From positions 1 through 64,000 of the forward strand of contig CAVUGN010000005.1 in the NCBI GenBank assembly GCA_963741095.1: DNA of 64,000 nucleotides, in the 5' to 3' direction. The DNA is from an uncultured Candidatus Micrarchaeota archaeon. GTDB taxonomy: Archaea; Micrarchaeota; Micrarchaeia; Micrarchaeales; Micrarchaeaceae. Shown piece after piece: positions 51,942-61,402 of the stretch (within the stretch, counting starts at the first letter, position 1; every line of letters begins with the position of its first letter). Both the position numbers and the translations under genes were made by a program. The notes below the pieces were generated by a model. The model was not told the DNA's origin. It worked only from the letters and a program-made list of their open reading frames with translations, and searched no databases.

Positions 51942-52169
51942 TTACACATCATCTGTTGACACGATCATTGGTGTTACCGTTGAATACCTAGACTGCTGCG
52001 GAGAAATCGGCTCTGCTACCAAATTTTTGGTCTTCGTTTCTTTGATAGCATCCAATTCCTTCACGGAAATGCCGCCGCAACTGTCGCACTCCAAGACCAC
52101 GAGCCTGCTGCCTATGGTCCTCTTGCGCTTCAGCCTGCCCTTTCCGCAACGGCCGCACTTCCCTAACAT
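51942..52169 (-). CDS. Small zinc-ribbon protein
   Basis: CGRC...CDSC. Confidence 0.6.
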   Translation of the reverse strand: MLGKCGRCGKGRLKRKRTIGSRLVVLECDSCGGISVKELDAIKETKTKNLVAEPISPQQSRYSTVTPMIVSTDDV

Positions 52170-52272
52170 GGGATCACATGCGGCTTTCTGCTGTTGCTCT
52201 CGCTTGCCTTCGCTAACCCTTTTGTTGACAAATTTCCACCCAGTCTGTTTGCACCCACTTAATATGATCTGA

Positions 52273-52464
52273 TTAACTCCTTGGATTGGCGTCTATCGTT
52301 ACCTGTATGCTACCTACGGAAAACCGCATCATGTCCGATATGTAGCCGCCAATCTCGCTCTCCCTGCAGTACGCCTTGCCCTCAACGCTGTTTGTGCAAA
52401 CATGCACGAGAACGCGCCTATCATCCATCGAAAAAATCTTTTTTATCCTTGCACTTGCGCCCAT
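52273..52464 (-). CDS. 63-aa hypothetical protein (paralog of 58357)
   Basis: Frame conserved in both copies; GGTGG SD-like sequence. Confidence 0.75.
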   Translation of the reverse strand: MGASARIKKIFSMDDRRVLVHVCTNSVEGKAYCRESEIGGYISDMMRFSVGSIQVTIDANPRS

Positions 52465-52583
52465 TCTACCACCCTATTGATCATGAGGGTAGGGGGTTGT
52501 ACCGCGGAAGCATGGTGAGAATGTGGATGAAGAGCTTGCGCTGATCCATGAAAAATTCTTACTTCCACCCCTGTACAACCTAC
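52465..52583 (-). ncRNA. Putative structured 5' leader RNA, copy 1
   Basis: Long hairpin capped AGC-GCAA-GCT; near-identical copy at 58549-58665. Confidence 0.55.
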
Positions 52584-52769
52584 ACACCCGTATGATATTA
52601 TGAATGAGGTTGTATATATTTATGAGCTGAACGTGTGCAACTTTTTGACCAGTCAATGCTTTAAAGATTTATAATTTATTAGTCCTTTAATTAAATTTAT
52701 ATGTGTTATAAAAGTTATATATACTTATTATAGTAAGGTTTAAATATCTTAAAAGTGTTAATATAACAC

Positions 52770-54182
52770 ATGGCAGAAACACCAGATGTGATACTAAACA
52801 CATATAAACGAGTCAGCAACGAGTATCCTTCTTTCATTGCGCTGAAGAGGATAAACGCCAAATACTACCTGTATAGCCAAACCACAAGATACGATAAAAA
52901 AGAAAAAAAGCAGAAAACAGTCTCGAAATACCTGGGTAGGATAACTGCCGAAGGCGTCTTTATAAAAAAATCAAGGACCTCTGAAAAAGACGATTTGGAA
53001 ATCGCAAAGGCGGTGATAGAGGCGCATGGCGGAAAGGTTGTTCTTCCTGAAACGGCTGGCAACAACGTTCAGGTTGCGGCAAAAAACTTTGTCTTGGATG
53101 AAATTGACAATCGGATATTGACTGTTATGAGCATGAACGCCAGGGCAAGCGCTGCTTTCATAGGAGCGCATGTGGCGACTAAACGAAGCGTTGTTGAGAG
53201 TAGGATAAAAAAACTGGAGAAAGAATATGAAATAAAGTATGTGGCCGAAATAAACACAGAAAAGCTTGGTTACTCTAGATTCCTAGCTTTTAGTAAATTT
53301 CTTGGAAAAATACCAATGATTGATACTATAAAAACTGCAATCGAAACAATACCCAATGTACAATTGGTCGCAACGCTTAAAGGAAAATATGACCTACTTG
53401 TTTACATTCTTGCAAAGAATAACGAGGAATTGTCCATCATTCTAACTAATATAGAGCAAGGCCTATCTACGTACAAAATGGAGTGGTACAGCAGTTATCT
53501 TCATGAAACTTACAACTTTGTACCCGTACGAGATGAATTTCTTGAACTTGTAAAAGGAGATCTCAAGCAAAGGGAGTATAATCTTCTGAGAGAATTCAAT
53601 AATAATGGCAATAAAGAATTCGCTAAGATCGACAAGAGATATGCTCAGGAGCATGGGAGGTCATCCTATGCTTATTATGGCCTCATAAATAACGGTTTGT
53701 TAAAGCGCATTACGATAAACATGTGCACAACTCCAATTAAGTATGTTGGAGTGATATATGCTTCTTTCTTAAACAGAGATAAGTTTGATAAAAATAGAGA
53801 GAAATTATTAAAGAACATGATTGAAGAGGTTAAATCACCTGCAACAAAATATATTTTAGTTGGAGATGTAGGCATGCCACGCGGGGTTATACTCTTTGCC
53901 CCAGTTTTCTTGGAGGGAGACCTGGAAAGAGACCAAGAAGAGTTGGAGAGGTTGGAATTGGGCGTTGCATTAGAAACATATATTGTATCCAAGGTAATAG
54001 TCGGCTCTTTTTGCTTTAGAAAATTTGATAATGGACACTCGCGCCAGTACGATATACTGGTTGAAAAATACGGGATTCCGAAGAGGCCATATCTGAATTA
54101 CCATGATACAGGAAGGATGAAAAAAGAAAGCCAGAGAAGGGACATAAGAGGTCTAAAACTGAATGACGCAGAAGAAGTATGA
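52770..54182 (+). CDS. Large Lrp/AsnC-like regulator
   Basis: LDEIDNRIL..NAR..RIKKLE, GKYDL; second degenerate HTH/RAM unit. Confidence 0.85.
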   Translation: MAETPDVILNTYKRVSNEYPSFIALKRINAKYYLYSQTTRYDKKEKKQKTVSKYLGRITAEGVFIKKSRTSEKDDLEIAKAVIEAHGGKVVLPETAGNNVQVAAKNFVLDEIDNRILTVMSMNARASAAFIGAHVATKRSVVESRIKKLEKEYEIKYVAEINTEKLGYSRFLAFSKFLGKIPMIDTIKTAIETIPNVQLVATLKGKYDLLVYILAKNNEELSIILTNIEQGLSTYKMEWYSSYLHETYNFVPVRDEFLELVKGDLKQREYNLLREFNNNGNKEFAKIDKRYAQEHGRSSYAYYGLINNGLLKRITINMCTTPIKYVGVIYASFLNRDKFDKNREKLLKNMIEEVKSPATKYILVGDVGMPRGVILFAPVFLEGDLERDQEELERLELGVALETYIVSKVIVGSFCFRKFDNGHSRQYDILVEKYGIPKRPYLNYHDTGRMKKESQRRDIRGLKLNDAEEV

Positions 54183-54235
54183 TATGCCTTATTGATAAAT
54201 TAATCCGAGAAGTAACCGTATATCAAGAATTTTGT

Positions 54236-54262
54236 TTAGCCAGTCCAGCCTCCGTCTCCCAT
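54236..54262 (-). CDS. Micro-ORF MGDGGWTG
   Basis: GGTGAAACT-ATG; member of a five-copy family. Confidence 0.5.
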   Translation of the reverse strand: MGDGGWTG

Positions 54263-54275
54263 AGTTTCACCTGCA

Positions 54276-54302
54276 TTAGCCGCTTGATCCTCCATCTCCC
54301 AT
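54276..54302 (-). CDS. Micro-ORF MGDGGSSG
   Basis: GTGAGATT-ATG; TTTTTAAG ~30 bp upstream. Confidence 0.5.
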   Translation of the reverse strand: MGDGGSSG

Positions 54303-54428
54303 AATCTCACTGTTCAAACATCTCTGAAAAAGCTTAAAAAGCTTGTGTTCTGGGAACAGCGATTGCTGTTTGGCAGCGCTTTCGCGCTGCAGGAACAGTG
54401 CCGATGCAGGTTAAACTGAAGAAAAGAG

Positions 54429-55220
54429 TTAACCTATCAGCAAACCTTCTATCCTTACCTGGTAGCCGTCCTTTATCTTGTTCATGAAGTTCACCAGGCC
54501 GCTGTGCCTCCATTGGAGCATGCACCTTCTCGGAAGGAACCAATATCTCATGCCGATCTTAAGGTCCATCCTCGAGTCGCGGATTATGCCTTCATAGGCT
54601 TCCGCTATGTAGTAGCCGATGTCCTTGTAGCCCTGGGCTCTTGGCTGCAATGGGCCAGTGACGCACCAGACTATCACTCCCGTCTTGTAGTCAGCCTCCA
54701 TGACAACGCCGCAGTGCGTTATCGGGCAGCCGCATGACATGCCCAACGGCCTTCCAATCATTATGTCTCCCTTCTTTATCCCCATCTTTTCAGTAAGGGC
54801 AGGGTTGTGCGGAAGTATCGTCTCCCTCGGGCCCGGCTCACCCGGGAATGTCTCAAGAACAAAGTCGAACTCACGTGATAGAGTGTCCTTCCAGTTCTTG
54901 CTGTCAGTGCCTATCGCAGCAGACGCGCAGCCTGCGCATCCCGCTGTCGCAACCGTAGCCTCGTTGACCGGCCTTCCTATGACATCGGTCCTAGGCTGGC
55001 CATAAGCTGTCTGGGTCATTCTCTGCTGCGGAGCTGCGCTCGCGACCTTAGGCGCAGACGCACTGTTCCTGCCCAGGTTCGTGCACCTCTTCATCTCGTC
55101 CGCATTGCTTGCGGCCGCTTCTGCCAGATCGCTGCACGACTTGTATCCGCATGCGCCGCAATCAAGCTTGGGCAGCTGTTCCAGTATCTTATCGCTCTCT
55201 TTTGTTGTCTTTTTTGCCAT
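54429..55220 (-). CDS. (Fe-S)-binding protein, copy 1
   Basis: LPKLDCGACGYKSC; protein identical to 60602-61393. Confidence 0.9.
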   Translation of the reverse strand: MAKKTTKESDKILEQLPKLDCGACGYKSCSDLAEAAASNADEMKRCTNLGRNSASAPKVASAAPQQRMTQTAYGQPRTDVIGRPVNEATVATAGCAGCASAAIGTDSKNWKDTLSREFDFVLETFPGEPGPRETILPHNPALTEKMGIKKGDIMIGRPLGMSCGCPITHCGVVMEADYKTGVIVWCVTGPLQPRAQGYKDIGYYIAEAYEGIIRDSRMDLKIGMRYWFLPRRCMLQWRHSGLVNFMNKIKDGYQVRIEGLLIG

Positions 55221-55229
55221 TCGATCACT

Positions 55230-55313
55230 TCATTCTCCTTGATAGAATATGTCGCTGTTGAGCGGCCTCACAACACCGAAGTGCTGCTTCCAGCCAATCT
55301 CCTTCTTGCCCAC
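55230..55313 (-). pseudogene. 3' fragment of the GTP-binding protein gene (duplicated)
   Basis: VGKKEIGWKQHFGVVRPLNSDIFYQGE equals the C-terminus of the 61403 gene. Confidence 0.85.
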
Positions 55314-56077
55314 AAGCAAATTAGGGATGAAAATATGAGTATGAACATGGCAGAACCAAGCATGTGCAAGCTTACACTCATGAAAGCCAGCCCGGATAAA
55401 AGTTCTGGAAACTGGATTATGGCGTCGGCTAGCAATACTAGGACAAAGAAACATGCGATTATCGCGCCGCCGAACAAGGATAAAGCCGTTATTAAGACGC
55501 TTTTTCCTTTGATCCATATCCTGATTGCATGGATAAGCAACACTGTGTTTATGACTGAAAAGAACCCGTATGTGATTACGCTATCCACTTGAAAGAGGGA
55601 TATTCCAGTGAAGTACATCTTAAAAAAATAAAGGATTATGACGGTGGAGTACTGCGATGCTATTGATGATAAAAAGAAGGCTGTGGCCATATGGCTTTTT
55701 GGTTCATGTAGATAATTTTTAATCTTTGTTTTTTTGCCATGCGAATTTTTGTAGTTGTAGAGCACATCGAAAATGAACAGGAATAAAAATGCAAAGAATA
55801 TATCTTCTGTAGTTGCGACCAGATAAGAATGGACGGTGGTATCAGTGGCTGCCTGGGTGGAATTTAAGGAAACCTCTTCAGTATATCCGTTGAATATGTT
55901 GATTGCTAGAAAACTTAATGAAGGAGGTGACGCACGCGGCAGCGTGGCTGAGGTATACCCAGGGTATGTGCTTGCGTAAAAATTGCTAACCAAATAAATT
56001 GGTACGATCATCGCTAGGAATAGGAGAGGGTACAACTTGTACGCCTTTAAACTAGCAACTAATCCCTCGCTGTGCAT
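55268..56077 (-). CDS. Multi-TM membrane protein
   Basis: Several hydrophobic segments; AT-rich; 3' end runs into the duplicated segment. Confidence 0.7.
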   Translation of the reverse strand: MHSEGLVASLKAYKLYPLLFLAMIVPIYLVSNFYASTYPGYTSATLPRASPPSLSFLAINIFNGYTEEVSLNSTQAATDTTVHSYLVATTEDIFFAFLFLFIFDVLYNYKNSHGKKTKIKNYLHEPKSHMATAFFLSSIASQYSTVIILYFFKMYFTGISLFQVDSVITYGFFSVINTVLLIHAIRIWIKGKSVLITALSLFGGAIIACFFVLVLLADAIIQFPELLSGLAFMSVSLHMLGSAMFILIFSSLICLWARRRLAGSSTSVL

Positions 56078-56154
56078 TTCGTCTACAGCATAGTTTAATC
56101 ATAGGCACCTTGATAAATGTGCCGTTGATCCACAATGTTTACATTGGATTTCCT

Positions 56155-58005
56155 TCATGGTAACAATATGACCGGTTCGCCAAGTGTTGCACGCAGGAAA
56201 TTGATTATCGATTGTATCTCCGACTTTTTTTGCTGGACATAATTTGTAGCTGCAGTCTGGTTTCCTTCGAGCATTTGCACAAAATTCCGCATTGAAGAAG
56301 CCAAACCAGGGATGATGACAGGTATTGGGATGGGTATGCCTCCAGATCCGTCTTCGGCAACCAAATCACCGACTAAACCGCTGATATCCCCCTTTGTGAC
56401 TATGCTTATTCCTGTGCTTAGGTCGCCTAGCCAGTTTGAAAGTTCCCCTAAGGCTCCTGCAGTATCACTGCCGTCTAGGAGCTTTGATAAAGCATCGAGT
56501 ATTCCGGAAGTCGCTGCAGCCGCATTGCCAAGTTGATCCGTCAATGCTGATGCGTTGATTGGATTTGTGGGCAGAGTGTATTGCAGTGTAATGGGTATTG
56601 AATTGATGGTAATTGTTTGGGATACGGGATGACTGATCAAATAAGGGGGCTGAGTTATAGTAAGGCCGCTACCTATGATAAGAGCAAGAGTTGGATTGCT
56701 TGTTAGATAGTTATTGGATTTTATCGCCGAGCACTGCGCCGCTGTCAGTGCTTTAATCTCCGGGGTTATCGGCCTTGTTATTCCACTATCTACTCTTGCG
56801 GTTCTGAATAGCACGTAGTTCCAATTGTCCATCTGTGTTTCTGAGGTAAGATACGGTGTCGTGAACCCTGCAGCTGCAAAATTGTACGATGATGGACCTT
56901 GCCAGCCTAACCAAGCAGGCTTACTCGCCGTAGACGCACTAACGCCCATGCCCAAGTCATCCAGCAAATCTACCTCTAATACTTGAGTTGAAGTCTGGAT
57001 TGGAGTGGTGGTTGGAGTTTGGGTAGGTGTTGTAGTCGTAGTAGTGGTTGTTCGTATTGGTGTCGTAGTTGAAGTAGGTGTCGGTATTACAGTCGAATAA
57101 TTTCCAGATTTTATCGCCGAGCACTGCGCCGCAGTCAGAGCCTGTATCTCAGCAGTTACCGGTCTTGTGACTCCGCTGTCAACTCTTGCTGTTCTGAAGA
57201 GCACGAAGTTCCAGTTGTCCATCTGAGTTTCCGTTGTTAGGTAGGGGGTTACGAATCCTGCGGCTGCAAAATTGTACACTGCAGGTCCCTGCCAGCCCTG
57301 ATAGCCGTATATCGTCTTCGCTCCAGACGGAGTCACATCACTGATGCCCAGATCGCCGGGCAGGTTTATTGGCGGTATCGTAGTTGGAGTTACTGTCGTT
57401 GTGGTGGGTGTTGGGGTCGTTGTGGTTGGCGTTGGAGTTGGCGTAGTCGTTGTCGTGGTTGGAACTATCGGGGCCGTGTACGGCACCTGAGAGACGTTGC
57501 CACCAACTTGAATGTACCCATTGCTCAATGCAGTGATGGTGTCCGTGTTATTCAGAATTCCGTTTACGTAAACGTTCGCATAACACAGGATGGTGCCTTG
57601 GGTTTGGTTTGCTGGAACTCCTGCCGATTGCATCTTCGACATTATGTCGCTTATCAGCTGGTTTATGCTTTCCCCTGTATTTGCCATGATCACCGATACG
57701 GTCGGTATATTATCGACCTGGCTTACCAGTCTAAGGTATGAATGCTGATTATCCTCCATCATCTCGTATTTTGCCGCGGTTGCTTGTTTTGGATTGGTGG
57801 TTATACTTTCGGCTTCCACCCTGCCGATGCCTGGGCTTATTGCCAGGACAGTTGCCAATACTACAGGCAACACCATATTTCTGGCTATGGATAGACCCCT
57901 ATTCAATGGATTTGCCTGGTGCCTTTCTGCTGCATCTTGCCCTCTCAGCAATTCCACGTTTGCTGTCTTTTCAGTTGCCTTTTCGATTGTCTTTTCGTTT
58001 CGCAT
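56155..58005 (-). CDS. Thr-rich repeat-domain surface protein (paralog of 49716)
   Basis: Same MRNEKTIEK leader; two WQGP..ETQMDNWN domains. Confidence 0.88.
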   Translation of the reverse strand: MRNEKTIEKATEKTANVELLRGQDAAERHQANPLNRGLSIARNMVLPVVLATVLAISPGIGRVEAESITTNPKQATAAKYEMMEDNQHSYLRLVSQVDNIPTVSVIMANTGESINQLISDIMSKMQSAGVPANQTQGTILCYANVYVNGILNNTDTITALSNGYIQVGGNVSQVPYTAPIVPTTTTTTPTPTPTTTTPTPTTTTVTPTTIPPINLPGDLGISDVTPSGAKTIYGYQGWQGPAVYNFAAAGFVTPYLTTETQMDNWNFVLFRTARVDSGVTRPVTAEIQALTAAQCSAIKSGNYSTVIPTPTSTTTPIRTTTTTTTTPTQTPTTTPIQTSTQVLEVDLLDDLGMGVSASTASKPAWLGWQGPSSYNFAAAGFTTPYLTSETQMDNWNYVLFRTARVDSGITRPITPEIKALTAAQCSAIKSNNYLTSNPTLALIIGSGLTITQPPYLISHPVSQTITINSIPITLQYTLPTNPINASALTDQLGNAAAATSGILDALSKLLDGSDTAGALGELSNWLGDLSTGISIVTKGDISGLVGDLVAEDGSGGIPIPIPVIIPGLASSMRNFVQMLEGNQTAATNYVQQKKSEIQSIINFLRATLGEPVILLP

Positions 58006-58054
58006 GTTTACCCACCCATTTTAAGCATGATATTATCCCGCCATCAGCCCAATC

Positions 58055-58342
58055 TTAGACCATTGCTACGAAGGCCTTGCTGACGCCACGCAATGCCCGT
58101 TCCTTCGCGTCCTTCAGCTCGCTATTGTTCCTGTAAAACCGTATTTCGGCCACGCAGTCGCCATAGCGGTTGTAGATGGGAATGCGCTGCCTGCGCCATA
58201 TGTCCATCAGCCTCTTCGCAAAATCGCTGTTCCCGCCCTTCAGCTGCAGGAAGATCTGCCTGCACGCTTTGCCCTTGCCACTTCCGATTGCTCGCGCTAG
58301 CTTGTTTGTTGACAATTTTCCACCCAGTCTGTTTACACCCAC
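58055..58342 (-). CDS. Small basic hypothetical protein
   Basis: 95 aa; its N-terminus matches a ~31-codon ORF at the equivalent position in module 1. Confidence 0.6.
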   Translation of the reverse strand: MGVNRLGGKLSTNKLARAIGSGKGKACRQIFLQLKGGNSDFAKRLMDIWRRQRIPIYNRYGDCVAEIRFYRNNSELKDAKERALRGVSKAFVAMV

Positions 58343-58356
58343 TTAACGTGATCTGA

Positions 58357-58548
58357 TTAACTCATTGGATTCGCGTCTATCATGACATGCATACTTCCGG
58401 CTGAAAGCCTCATCATATCGGAGATGTAGCTGCCGACTTCTTTCTCCCGGCAGTAAGCTTTGCCTTCTACGCTGTTCGTGCAGACCCGAACGAGAACGCG
58501 CCCATCATCCATCGAAAAAATCTTTTTTATTCTTGCGCTTGCATCCAT
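58357..58548 (-). CDS. 63-aa hypothetical protein (paralog of 52273)
   Basis: Conserved with copy 1. Confidence 0.75.
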   Translation of the reverse strand: MDASARIKKIFSMDDGRVLVRVCTNSVEGKAYCREKEVGSYISDMMRLSAGSMHVMIDANPMS

Positions 58549-58665
58549 TCTACCACTCTATTGATCATGAGGGTAGGGGGTTGCACCGCGGAAGCATGGT
58601 GAGAATGTGGATGAAGAGCTTGCGCTGATCCATAGAAAATTCTTACTTCCACCTCTGTACACCCT
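58549..58665 (-). ncRNA. Putative structured 5' leader RNA, copy 2
   Basis: Same hairpin; one change retains pairing as G-U. Confidence 0.55.
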
Positions 58666-58847
58666 TTCCACCCAATAAGAGATTATGAATTTTATTGTAT
58701 ATATCAATGAGTAGGGTAAAATTGCACAAACGACGGCAAAATGCCAACAATAACCACAGATATTCTTAGGTTTGTTATGTTTTTACATGGGTTATAAGAT
58801 GGTGCATAACAAAAGTTTTAAATATCTTATATGTTGGTATATAACCT

Positions 58848-60269
58848 ATGGATGGTGTACCTAAGAATGTGGTAGCAACATTCAGTAAGCTAAGGAAAGA
58901 ATATTCGTTTTATACCACACTGAAGAGGATAAACGACAAATATTACTTATACCACCAATCCACCATATGGCTGAAAAACGCTAAGAAAACGAAGACAGTT
59001 TCGGAGTATCTCGGCAGGATAAGAGATGATGGTGCGTTCATAAAGAAGATGCATCTGGCAAAAAGCAACCTTGTGGATGCGGAATCTTTGATAACTGCGC
59101 ATGGCGGTGAGGTAATATGGCATGGCGATACCGACAAAGTTGCAAAACCACAAACGGAAAGACATGACTTAGCGTTTACCGAGGTGGAGAACAGGCTTCT
59201 GACTACTCTCAGTATGAACGCAAGAGCCAGCTTGGCGTTTGTGGGTCGGCAGATTGGTTTAACCCCTTCTATAACTTATAATCACGTGAAGCAATTGGAA
59301 AAGAAGTGCGGGATAAGGTACATTGCAGAGATTAACCCAGAGAAGTTAGGCTACCTCAGATTTTTTGTGATGGTAAAGTTTCGAGACAGGATACCAAACG
59401 AACTGGAACTCAAGGCCGTAATCAGCAAGAGCCCGAACGTTCAACTTGCCATGCTGACGAAAGGGAAATACGACCTTATGATTTACGTGCTAGCTACAAG
59501 TAATCTTGACATAATGAGAGTGGTCATAGACATGCGGATGGGACTTGTGGACTATCCATCTGAGTGGTACATAGTCAATTTTTATGAGCATTTCAACTTT
59601 GTGCCGTTGAGGGATGAATTCATAGACGTCCTGAAGGCAAACCTCCTAAATCGAGAGTATTCCGTTTTGAAAGAGCTGAATCAAAGTGGGAACAAAGATT
59701 TTGTTGACATAGATCGAAAATATGGCTTCGATGAGGGTAGATCATCTTACACTTTTTACAGGCTCAAAGAAAAGGGGATAATCGATAGAGTGACGGTGAC
59801 TTTGAGCAATACTGTTGTTAAGTACGTTGGGGTGATATTTTTGAACATCATAGACCGGAAGAAATTCGGGAAAAACAGAGAAAAACTTCTGTCATACACT
59901 ATAAGAGAAAAAGACGCTCCGACGATGAATTATGTGCTTGCTGGGGATGACGGAAACCCGGACGGCATACTTTACTTCGTACCTGTGCTGAATGAAGGTG
60001 ATCTCGAAAGGGAAGCTGAGGGTATGGAAAAGCTGGATTTGGGTGCTAAATTTGATACGGCAATAGTATTGAATACACTGTTGGGTTCATTTTGTTATAG
60101 GAAATTCGATTATGTGTACTCAAAGCAACATATGCGACTTGTCGAGGATTATGGATTGCCGCAAAAAGATCAAAAAAACTATGAAGACACTGGAAGAAAG
60201 TCCTGTCACATCGCAACTGGCAAAAGACGCATCGGCATAAGAGGAGAAGAAATCAGAATAGATAACTAA
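58848..60269 (+). CDS. Large Lrp/AsnC-like regulator (paralog of 52770)
   Basis: Colinear motifs SMNARAS, GKYDL, FNFVPLRDEF. Confidence 0.85.
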   Translation: MDGVPKNVVATFSKLRKEYSFYTTLKRINDKYYLYHQSTIWLKNAKKTKTVSEYLGRIRDDGAFIKKMHLAKSNLVDAESLITAHGGEVIWHGDTDKVAKPQTERHDLAFTEVENRLLTTLSMNARASLAFVGRQIGLTPSITYNHVKQLEKKCGIRYIAEINPEKLGYLRFFVMVKFRDRIPNELELKAVISKSPNVQLAMLTKGKYDLMIYVLATSNLDIMRVVIDMRMGLVDYPSEWYIVNFYEHFNFVPLRDEFIDVLKANLLNREYSVLKELNQSGNKDFVDIDRKYGFDEGRSSYTFYRLKEKGIIDRVTVTLSNTVVKYVGVIFLNIIDRKKFGKNREKLLSYTIREKDAPTMNYVLAGDDGNPDGILYFVPVLNEGDLEREAEGMEKLDLGAKFDTAIVLNTLLGSFCYRKFDYVYSKQHMRLVEDYGLPQKDQKNYEDTGRKSCHIATGKRRIGIRGEEIRIDN

Positions 60270-60316
60270 TAAGAATAGCTAGTGCTTAACCTGAACAGAT
60301 GTTCTATCAAACCGAC

Positions 60317-60476
60317 TTAACCGCCGTTTCCTCCTCCATCCATAGTCTCACTATTAAAGCATCTCTGAAAAGGCTTAAATAGATTGTGTTCAGCCAGTTC
60401 CACCTCCATCCATTGTTTCATCTTCTAGATTGCATTAGCCGTTACCGCCGCCACCGCTTCCTCCATCTCCTTCCAT
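60317..60476 (-). other. Three micro-ORFs: MEGDGGSGGGGNG (60435-60476), MDGGGTG (60390-60413), MDGGGNGG (60317-60343)
   Basis: Each preceded by (G/A)TGA(G/A)AC(T/A); two TTTAAG boxes. Confidence 0.5.
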
Positions 60477-60601
60477 AGTCTCACTGTTCAAACATCTCTG
60501 AGAAGACTTAAAAAGTTTGTGTTTTAAGGACAGAGTTGCTGTTTGGCAGCGCTTTCGCGCTGCAGGAATAGTGCTGATGTAGGTTAAACTAAATAAAAGA
60601 A

Positions 60602-61393
60602 TTAACCTATCAGCAATCCTTCTATCCTTACCTGGTAGCCGTCCTTTATCTTGTTCATGAAGTTCACCAGGCCGCTGTGCCTCCATTGGAGCATGCACCT
60701 CCTCGGAAGGAACCAATATCTCATGCCTATCTTCAGGTCCATCCTTGAGTCGCGGATTATCCCTTCATATGCTTCCGCTATGTAGTAGCCGATGTCCTTG
60801 TAGCCCTGCGCCCTTGGCTGCAACGGACCTGTGACGCACCAGACTATCACTCCCGTCTTGTAGTCGGCTTCCATCACAACGCCGCAGTGCGTTATCGGGC
60901 AGCCGCATGACATGCCCAACGGCCTTCCAATCATTATGTCTCCCTTCTTTATCCCCATCTTTTCAGTAAGGGCAGGGTTGTGCGGAAGTATCGTCTCCCT
61001 CGGGCCCGGCTCACCCGGGAATGTCTCAAGAACAAAGTCGAACTCACGTGATAGAGTGTCCTTCCAGTTCTTGCTGTCAGTGCCTATCGCAGCAGACGCG
61101 CAGCCTGCGCATCCCGCTGTCGCAACCGTAGCCTCGTTGACCGGCCTTCCTATGACATCGGTCCTAGGCTGGCCATAAGCTGTCTGGGTCATTCTCTGCT
61201 GCGGAGCTGCGCTCGCGACCTTAGGCGCAGACGCACTGTTCCTGCCCAGGTTCGTGCACCTCTTCATCTCGTCCGCATTGCTTGCGGCCGCTTCTGCCAG
61301 ATCGCTGCACGACTTGTATCCGCATGCGCCGCAATCAAGCTTGGGCAGCTGTTCCAGTATCTTATCGCTCTCTTTTGTTGTCTTTTTTGCCAT
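60602..61393 (-). CDS. (Fe-S)-binding protein, copy 2
   Basis: CxxCxxxxC FeS domain; third gene of the operon. Confidence 0.92.
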   Translation of the reverse strand: MAKKTTKESDKILEQLPKLDCGACGYKSCSDLAEAAASNADEMKRCTNLGRNSASAPKVASAAPQQRMTQTAYGQPRTDVIGRPVNEATVATAGCAGCASAAIGTDSKNWKDTLSREFDFVLETFPGEPGPRETILPHNPALTEKMGIKKGDIMIGRPLGMSCGCPITHCGVVMEADYKTGVIVWCVTGPLQPRAQGYKDIGYYIAEAYEGIIRDSRMDLKIGMRYWFLPRRCMLQWRHSGLVNFMNKIKDGYQVRIEGLLIG

Positions 61394-61402
61394 TCGATCA
61401 CT

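Noticed and set aside
54429-61393. Diversity-generating retroelement TR/VR pair
   Set aside because: Differences are synonymous and not adenine-specific, and no reverse transcriptase was seen
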